Shown piece by piece: positions 40,669-47,095 of a stretch of DNA of 57,490 nucleotides. Each line of letters begins with the position of its first letter. The stretch's first letter is position 1. Source of the stretch: Candidatus Nanopelagicales bacterium (lineage in GTDB: Bacteria > Actinomycetota > Actinomycetes > S36-B12 > CAIYMF01); the NCBI GenBank assembly GCA_049688595.1, contig JBAVLA010000111.1:1-57490 (forward strand), given 5' to 3'. The notes under the pieces are model-generated. The model was not told the origin of the DNA and made no database searches. It saw only the letters and a list, made by a program, of their open reading frames with translations. The position numbers and the translations under genes were made by a program.

Positions 40669-41626
40669 CCGGGCTCCTCAGCCACGGCCGTGTCGGGTCC
40701 ACCCCGGATGCTGCCAGGGCGTCGGCGAGAACCGCCAGCGGGTCGGCCATGGCCGCGCCCGCCGACGCCAGCCCCAACACCCCGGGGGCCAGGGCCGCGC
40801 AGATGTGCGATCCGAAGCTGTGGTCACCGCCGGGATCCTCCGCGTAGGAGATCAGCTCCCCGATCGGCTCGGTCAGCGGTGGCAGGTGCGGCTGCATGAA
40901 CCTCGACTGCGCCGACGCCACCTCGGCCAGAGCGGCCCTTACCTGGGCGGACTGCGCGCATTCCGCGTACACCACGAGGGCATCGGGACGCCGCCAGGCC
41001 AAGGGATCGATCGGGAGCTTGAGCGACCAGGGGAAGTCGGCATCCAGCAGCAGGGAGGTGATGCCATGGACGACCCCGGCCACGCCGGGGACGCAGGGGT
41101 GCAGGTAGTGCCGGCCCAGGGGCTGGGCCGGCTCCCCCAACTCGGAGCGCGTACCCCACCAGCGCGTCTCGTAGTCCACCCGGTCGACCAACCGGGAGAT
41201 GGCCGCCTCCTCACCGGGGGCGATCGGGATGCCAGGGCGATTCAGGTTCACGTAGGAGCCGATCGGGACCACGCGCTGCTCCCGATCCCGACCGACCAGG
41301 CAGCCACCCCCGTCGAGCACGGCCAGCACCACCCAGCCCCGGGAGTAGGTGGTCGACCCCGCGTGGGAGGCCCGCAGGACCCCCGACAGGTCGTCCCGCG
41401 ACCCGGCGCCCTGCCAGTCCGATGGTTCCGATTCACCGACGGGCCGGTCATCAGAGGGCCGCCCAGGCACGATCTCGGCCCGGGAGTCGAGGTACCAGGC
41501 GCCGTAGATGGCCGAGGCGATCTCGGCGACCCCCATCGATGCCCACGTGGTGTCCGACGCCCCGCCACCCCGAACCGGGGGCGCAGATCCGGGGCCGGCT
41601 TGCCCATTGGGGGATCGCGTGACCAT
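40661..41626 (-). CDS. putative HopA1-like (class V LanX-type) phospho-Ser/Thr lyase; otherwise hypothetical
   Basis: 321 aa from the ATG at 41626; the track ORF start would overlap the kinase. It sits between an APH-fold kinase and a LanC-like gene with an 8-nt overlap. 'RHYLHP...FPWSLKLPIDPLAWRRPDALVVYAE' resembles my recollection of HopA1-family conserved blocks. No HMM was run. Confidence 0.5.
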   Translation of the reverse strand: MVTRSPNGQAGPGSAPPVRGGGASDTTWASMGVAEIASAIYGAWYLDSRAEIVPGRPSDDRPVGESEPSDWQGAGSRDDLSGVLRASHAGSTTYSRGWVVLAVLDGGGCLVGRDREQRVVPIGSYVNLNRPGIPIAPGEEAAISRLVDRVDYETRWWGTRSELGEPAQPLGRHYLHPCVPGVAGVVHGITSLLLDADFPWSLKLPIDPLAWRRPDALVVYAECAQSAQVRAALAEVASAQSRFMQPHLPPLTEPIGELISYAEDPGGDHSFGSHICAALAPGVLGLASAGAAMADPLAVLADALAASGVDPTRPWLRSPDA

Positions 41627-41652
41627 GCGGGCCAGCCGCGTCAGGTCCCGGG

Positions 41653-42666
41653 CTACCCCGGGCGGAAGCGCTGCGCCCACCGCACCATCATGCCCGCGAG
41701 CCGGTCGCCATCCCCCACCAGCAGCCTTGCCCGCTCCAGCAGCGCAGCTGACTCCACGTCGGCGCCGGCCTCGGCGCATTCCAGCGCAAGGTGCACCAGC
41801 CGCGCCGGCCAGTAGTCAGCGACCCGCGCCGGATCAGCTGGACCGCCCTCAGCGAAGTAGGCGCTCACCAGGGCTGACCGGTCGTCATCCCCGGGTCTGC
41901 CGGAATCGGCCTCCAAGGCGATTGACGAGGCCATCGCCGCAGCGAGATCCCAGGCCGGGTCGCCGAGCCCGGACAGCTCCCAGTCGATCAGCCGCACGAC
42001 CGGCGGCGTGGCCGTCAGGTCCACCAGGCAGTTGTCCCACTTCACGTCGCCGTGTACCAGACACGTGGCCTGCCACAGGCTCCGGGCCCGGGTCAGGGCA
42101 GGTCCGAGCACGGTGTCCCCAGCCAGTGACAGGGCCACCTGCCGGGCCCGCGCAAGGGTGATCACGGGCGGCGGATCACAGGACAGGTCGAGCACCCCAG
42201 CGGAGGCCCGGAACGGGATCGGAACGCCCTGCGTGGCCAGATGGGCGCGCGCCAGCGCCCGGCCGAGGGCAGCCGAGGCGCTCGGGCTCGGCAGGAGGGC
42301 GCGCGACACGAGGTCCCGACCCGTGGACTGCGTGTCCGCGGCCTCGATGACCACGACCTGGCGCCGCTCGTCGACCAGATGCACCCGTGGCATCACCGAA
42401 GCCAGGCCGGGCCGCCAGGAGGCCAGCCGGTAGGCGAAGGCTTCAGCAGCCAGAGTCCGACCGGCCTCGAGCGCGTCGATCGCGGGTACCTTCACGATCA
42501 CGCTGCGGCCAGAAGCTGAGACCCGATGAACCGAGTGCGACCCGCCGATCTGGGTCGCCTCGGCCGAACCGGCATCGGGCAGCCCTGCTGCCGCTGCCGC
42601 CGCCCACGGACCGGGGGGACGCGGCAGACCCGCGCCCCACCGGTCGGTTGCCATCGTCGACGACAA
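41653..42666 (-). CDS. APH-fold (aminoglycoside phosphotransferase-like) protein kinase
   Basis: 'CLVHGDVKWDNCLV' is the HGDxxxxN catalytic loop, 'RLIDWELSGLGDPAWDLA' is the metal-binding D, and the N-lobe has 'VIVKVP'. The start is TTG 42666 or ATG 42654, 5-17 nt after the S8 stop. Confidence 0.8.
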   Translation of the reverse strand: MSSTMATDRWGAGLPRPPGPWAAAAAAGLPDAGSAEATQIGGSHSVHRVSASGRSVIVKVPAIDALEAGRTLAAEAFAYRLASWRPGLASVMPRVHLVDERRQVVVIEAADTQSTGRDLVSRALLPSPSASAALGRALARAHLATQGVPIPFRASAGVLDLSCDPPPVITLARARQVALSLAGDTVLGPALTRARSLWQATCLVHGDVKWDNCLVDLTATPPVVRLIDWELSGLGDPAWDLAAAMASSIALEADSGRPGDDDRSALVSAYFAEGGPADPARVADYWPARLVHLALECAEAGADVESAALLERARLLVGDGDRLAGMMVRWAQRFRPG

Positions 42667-42671
42667 GGCGG

Positions 42672-44396
42672 TCAGGATTCGCCGTAGTCGGTGCCGTACG
42701 GGTCATCGCCGAACACGTCGAAGCCGCGGATGGGCAGGTCTGGGTTACCCCCACAGACCGGCCCGCTCGGGCAGGCCTGCACGCTCGGGCACACCGCCAC
42801 GCTGGGACAGGCGACGAGGGCTGACGGGCGCGGATCGCATGCGACGCCCACCGTCCGCTGACAGATCACCTGCCGGCTGACCGGCTCGCACACGACGATC
42901 TGGGACGGTGACTGGCACACGATCGGCCGGGTCACCTGCTGGCAGGACACGGTCTGCGTCCGGCATGAGACAAGTCGCGACACAGGCTGGTCGCAGATGA
43001 CCGGCCGGGTGACCAGCCCACCGCACGACACGAGTTGGCGTGATACCGGCGGGCAGGCGCGATCCAGCGCGGCGCGTGCATCGACCAGTCCTGCGCCGTA
43101 GCGATCGTTCGGGACGGGATCGCCAGGGTTGTCCCGCAGCGGGCGGGCGGTGTCGAGGATCGCCTGGCGCACCTGTGCGGCGGTGAGGGCACTGCGGCAG
43201 GAGAACAGCAGCGCGGCGACTCCGGCCACGTGCGGCGAGGCCATCGACGTCCCGTCCATCGTGGCATGGGAGTTGTCCCACACCGTGCTGAGGATGCCCA
43301 CGCCGGGTGCCGACACCGCTATGTGCGTGCCCATGCTGGAGAACGGAGCGCGGGCATCGTTGATGTCGACGGCCCCGACGGCCATGACCCCGGCGAACGC
43401 CGCCGGGAACTGGGGGACCGAGTTCCCGGTGTTCCCCATGGCGACCACCACCAAGCAGCCACGCGTGTTCGCGTAGGCGATGGCGTCGGCGGTCACCTGA
43501 TCGGCACCTGGGCCACCGAGACTCATGTTGATGACCCGGGCGCCGTGGTCGGCTGCCCAACGGATTCCGGCGGCGATGTCGACCGAGGAGCCGAAGCCGC
43601 TGATGCGGTTGTCGGAGAGCCGCCGCGCTCGGTTCAGCACCTTGACGGGAAGGATCCGGCAGCTCCAGGTGACCCCGGCCACCCCCACGCCCTCGTTGCT
43701 GGCGCATGCAATAGTCCCTGCGACATGGGTGCCGTGTCCCACCTCGTCCTGGGGGACATTGTCCCTGCCGTTGAAGTCGCCCTCCCAGACCCATCCAGGC
43801 TGGGGCGGCCCCGGGTTCGGGCCGAAGTCGACCAGGTCCTGCCCGGGCAGGAGGAGTCCGGCAAGCTCTGGATGGTCCAGGTCCACCCCGGTGTCCACGA
43901 CCGCGACGATCACCGAGGCGTCGCCCGTGGTCCGGTCCCAGGCCTCAGGGCCACGGATCTTGGCCAGGCCCCACTGCTGGGGATACCGGGGATCGTTGGG
44001 GACCACGAACGCCTCGCGCAGGAGGACCGGCTCGGCGTAGGCCACCTCGTCCAGGCCGTTGAGCCTGGTCACTGCCGTGGACACCTTCGTGGCTGGGTCG
44101 AACCGGACGCGGTAGGTGTTCTCCAGGGTGGCCTGAACGTCGGCGGCCATCACACCGCGGGGAGCCGGAGGCAGGGGCGGGTGGACCTTGCGCACGTCGA
44201 CGACCTTGAGCTTGCTCAGGGCATCGTCGAGGGTGGAGGATCCGAGGGCCCGCAGGCCGGTGGGCCCGCCCCGGCTGGGGCCGTTCGGCACGCTCACCTC
44301 AAGGGTGCTGCCGATTTCGGGCTTGAGGCTGATCACGACCTCGCCAGGCACCTCTACGGGTTCTGGACCGAGGAAGGAATTGACTTCCATCGTCAC
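42672..44396 (-). CDS. S8 family serine peptidase (subtilase) with N-terminal pro-like domain and C-terminal periodic Cys/Ser/Thr-rich tail
   Basis: AGGAGG lies 5 nt before the ATG. The catalytic triad appears in 'VAVVDTGVD', 'GHGTHVAG' and 'GTSMASPHVAG'. No N-terminal signal peptide is visible ('MTMEVNSFLGPEPVEV'). The last 127 aa hold 13 Cys at 6-10-residue spacing. Confidence 0.9.
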   Translation of the reverse strand: MTMEVNSFLGPEPVEVPGEVVISLKPEIGSTLEVSVPNGPSRGGPTGLRALGSSTLDDALSKLKVVDVRKVHPPLPPAPRGVMAADVQATLENTYRVRFDPATKVSTAVTRLNGLDEVAYAEPVLLREAFVVPNDPRYPQQWGLAKIRGPEAWDRTTGDASVIVAVVDTGVDLDHPELAGLLLPGQDLVDFGPNPGPPQPGWVWEGDFNGRDNVPQDEVGHGTHVAGTIACASNEGVGVAGVTWSCRILPVKVLNRARRLSDNRISGFGSSVDIAAGIRWAADHGARVINMSLGGPGADQVTADAIAYANTRGCLVVVAMGNTGNSVPQFPAAFAGVMAVGAVDINDARAPFSSMGTHIAVSAPGVGILSTVWDNSHATMDGTSMASPHVAGVAALLFSCRSALTAAQVRQAILDTARPLRDNPGDPVPNDRYGAGLVDARAALDRACPPVSRQLVSCGGLVTRPVICDQPVSRLVSCRTQTVSCQQVTRPIVCQSPSQIVVCEPVSRQVICQRTVGVACDPRPSALVACPSVAVCPSVQACPSGPVCGGNPDLPIRGFDVFGDDPYGTDYGES

Positions 44397-44580
44397 CTCC
44401 TAGGTTTCGGGCGTGCGATGGCGCCCGATCGGACGGTGTCAGAGGCAGCGTCACGGCTGCGTCGTCGCACCGTCCGCGCCGCGTATCGGGGAAGGTGCAC
44501 CAGGCGTGACCGAGGTCAGGTGTCCATGGGGATCGCAGGCGTCGGCGTTCCGGCGGCGATCAGGCCAGGGCTTGGCTGCC

Positions 44581-45522
44581 CTACCCCACAGCAAGATCCA
44601 CGAGCTCCAGGAAGACTGCGCCGAGGTCAAGGCCGGCAGCCTCCACGCCTTGTGGGAGCAGGGACGTCTCGGTGCACCCGGGGGCCACACTGACCTCGAG
44701 GAAGGTGACCTGACCCGCCGGAGTCACGATCAGGTCCGCCCGCGAGAGATGACGCAGGCCCAGTTGCTCATGTGCCAACAGGGCGACGCGGGCGCACTCC
44801 GCAGCGACATCCCTGGGCAGCCGCGCCGGCACGAAGTACTCTGTCGCTCCCGCGGTGTACCTGGACGTGAAGTCGAACAGCTCGAAGTCCGGACGGATCT
44901 CGACCGGTGGCAGGGCCTGCCGCGTGCCGTCCGCGCGCTCGATGACGGATACCGCCACCTCCGTGCCCGGCACGTGGACTTCGAGCATCGCCGTGTCGGC
45001 GTAGGAGAAGGCACCCACCATGGCGGCAGCCAGCTCGGCCCGCTGCCGGACCACGCTGGCCCCAAGGGCAGAGCCCCCTCGGGTTGGCTTGACGACGAGC
45101 GGGAGACCAAGGTGCGTCACGAGGGCCTCCAGGACGGCATGGGCCCCGAGATCCCGGAACGTCGAGTGGGGCAGTGCGACTGAGGGCGCTGTCGTGACCC
45201 CGGCGGCGGCGACGTGGGCCTTGGCCACCATCTTGTCGAAGGACAGCCGGCAGGAGTTCGGGCGCGACCCGACGTAGGGAAGGCCGAGTGCCTCGAGGAC
45301 ATCCCGGAGGGACCCGTCCTCGCCGGTTGGGCCATGCAGCAGGGGGATGACGCAGTCAGGCCGGTCCGCCTTGAGCGCGGGGATCAGGGACGAGTCCATG
45401 TCTCGAACGGTCACGTCCGCGCCGACCGCCCGCAGGGACTCGGCCACCCGCCTGCCGGATCGGATCGAAACGTCCCGCTCATGGGACAGTCCCCCGGCAA
45501 GCACGGTGATCGTCTTGGTCAT
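44581..45522 (-). CDS. ddl: D-alanine--D-alanine ligase
   Basis: 313 aa. 'ITVLAGGLSHERDVSIRSG', 'LHGPTGEDGSLRDVLEALGLPYVGS' and an ATP-grasp core 'LPLVVKPTRGGSALG'. Confidence 0.9.
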   Translation of the reverse strand: MTKTITVLAGGLSHERDVSIRSGRRVAESLRAVGADVTVRDMDSSLIPALKADRPDCVIPLLHGPTGEDGSLRDVLEALGLPYVGSRPNSCRLSFDKMVAKAHVAAAGVTTAPSVALPHSTFRDLGAHAVLEALVTHLGLPLVVKPTRGGSALGASVVRQRAELAAAMVGAFSYADTAMLEVHVPGTEVAVSVIERADGTRQALPPVEIRPDFELFDFTSRYTAGATEYFVPARLPRDVAAECARVALLAHEQLGLRHLSRADLIVTPAGQVTFLEVSVAPGCTETSLLPQGVEAAGLDLGAVFLELVDLAVG

Positions 45523-45537
45523 TGTCCTATTCCTGTC

Positions 45538-46860
45538 CTAGGCCAAGTCCGGCCCGGGCGTGGTCAGTGTCGCATCCTCGTGCTCTCTGTGTCCCGTACC
45601 AGGTGCGGCCTCGCCGAAGGTGTCGAGCAGGGCCATCTCGTCATCGATGACGTTGCCGAGGCGGCGCACGCCCTCACGGATGCGGTCTGGGGTCGGGAAG
45701 CAGTAGCTAAGCCGCATCGAGCGCTTGTTCGCCTCCTGCTCAGCCTGTCCTGAGTAGAAGCCTGTCCCCGGCACGTAGGCAACCCGCGAGGCGACGGCCC
45801 GGGGCAGCATGGCCCGTGCGTCCAAGCCCTCCGGCAGCGTCACCCAGGAGTAGAAGCCACCAGTCGGCCTCGTCCAGGTGGTGCCTGGGGGCATGTGGTC
45901 CTCCAAGGCGTCGAGCAGCGCGTCGCGGCGCTCCCGGTACAGCGCACGGAAGACCCTGATCTGGTCCATCCACGGGTTGGTGGCCAGGTACTCGGACACG
46001 GTCAGCTGTGCGTAGTTCGAGGGGCAGAGAATGGCTGACTCGGCGGCGAGGACGAGCTTCTCACGGACGCCATGGGGCGCGACGGCCCAGCCCACGCGGA
46101 GCCCCGAGGCGATGGTCTTCGAGAAGGACCCCAGGTAGATCACGCCGATGGGATCGTCGGCCCGGATCGCCCGGGGCACCTGACCATCGAAGCCCAGGAG
46201 CCCGTAGGGGTCGTCCTCGAGCAGCAGGACGCCCCGGGAGCGGGCGACCTCGAGGATCTCCAGTCGGCGCGCAGGGCCTTGGGTCAGCCCGGCGGGGTTG
46301 TGGAAGGAGGGGATCGTGTAGACCAGCTTCACGCGTCCGCCGTCAGCCACGACCTGGTCGATCGTCTCGGCCAGGGCGATGGATGACAGCCCCTCGTCGT
46401 CCATCGGGACGTGCACGACGCGGCACTGGAACGAGTGGAAGACTCCCAGGGCCCCCACGTAGGACGGCGATTCGACCACGACGACGTCCCCGGGGTCGCA
46501 GAACGTGCGGACGACCAGGTCCAGGGCCATCTGGGAGCCGGTCGTCACCACGATGTCGTCGGGATGCGCGGTGATCCCCACCGGTTCCATGACCTCGAGG
46601 ATCTGCTCACGAAGCCGCTGCTCCCCCTGTCCAGACCCGTACTGCAGGGCTGTGGCCCCCCGCTCCCGGATGAGGCGGGCAACGGTCTCGCTGACGGCGT
46701 CGAGGTCCAGCGCGGACACGTACGGCATCCCGCCGGCCAACGACACCACCTCGGGCCTGCTGGCCACCGCGAAGAGCGCCCGGATCTCGGAGACAGCCAG
46801 TCCCAGCGTCCGCTGGGCATAGCTGGTGAACCATGGGTCGAGGCGCGTACCACCGGTCAT
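45538..46860 (-). CDS. PLP-dependent aminotransferase family protein (LysN/ArAT-like)
   Basis: 'SLAGGMPY', 'YTIPSFHNPAG' and 'YLGSFSKTIASGLRVGW' with the PLP lysine. The start is ATG 46860 or 46866. The track ORF to 47319 is an extension that overlaps the next gene. Confidence 0.85.
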   Translation of the reverse strand: MTGGTRLDPWFTSYAQRTLGLAVSEIRALFAVASRPEVVSLAGGMPYVSALDLDAVSETVARLIRERGATALQYGSGQGEQRLREQILEVMEPVGITAHPDDIVVTTGSQMALDLVVRTFCDPGDVVVVESPSYVGALGVFHSFQCRVVHVPMDDEGLSSIALAETIDQVVADGGRVKLVYTIPSFHNPAGLTQGPARRLEILEVARSRGVLLLEDDPYGLLGFDGQVPRAIRADDPIGVIYLGSFSKTIASGLRVGWAVAPHGVREKLVLAAESAILCPSNYAQLTVSEYLATNPWMDQIRVFRALYRERRDALLDALEDHMPPGTTWTRPTGGFYSWVTLPEGLDARAMLPRAVASRVAYVPGTGFYSGQAEQEANKRSMRLSYCFPTPDRIREGVRRLGNVIDDEMALLDTFGEAAPGTGHREHEDATLTTPGPDLA

Positions 46861-46898
46861 GCACATAGGATGCCCGATGCCGATAGGAGGTGGACCGG

Positions 46899-47045
46899 AT
46901 GCGCGCTTCACGGTGGGTCGCACTGGTTGCGGCGGCGCTGCTGGCGGGGGGCCTGTTGGGGTTCGTGGTGTCCCTCCTGCGGCCGCGTCGCTATGCGGGG
47001 GTGGCACGCACGACCTCGGATGAGGCACCCATAGCCACGCCATAG
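46899..47045 (+). CDS. putative small single-TM protein (48 aa)
   Basis: AGGAGG lies 8 nt upstream of the ATG. The translation is 'MRASRWVALVAAALLAGGLLGFVVSLLRPRRYAGVARTTSDEAPIATP'. GC3 is high. It is below the ORF-track cutoff. Confidence 0.4.
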   Translation: MRASRWVALVAAALLAGGLLGFVVSLLRPRRYAGVARTTSDEAPIATP

Positions 47046-47095
47046 CAGGTGCTCGCACGTCCCCTTGGAGGGCATGGTCTAGATTGGGCCCACGC

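Noticed and set aside
44397-44580. Leader-peptide or LanA-type small ORF upstream of the S8 gene
   Set aside because: The only ATG-initiated minus-strand frame is four codons long. No Cys-containing ORF with an SD was found on either strand.
43230-44693. 487-aa plus-strand ORF opposite the S8 protease, and similar long antisense ORFs (3354..4172, 7100..8047, 21366..22427, 26683..27744, 47138..48490, 12417..13427, 37130..38245)
   Set aside because: All lie antisense or out of frame to genes with unmistakable family signatures. Their translations are Arg/Gly/Pro/His-rich low-complexity sequence with no recognisable motifs. They are typical shadow ORFs of high-GC DNA.
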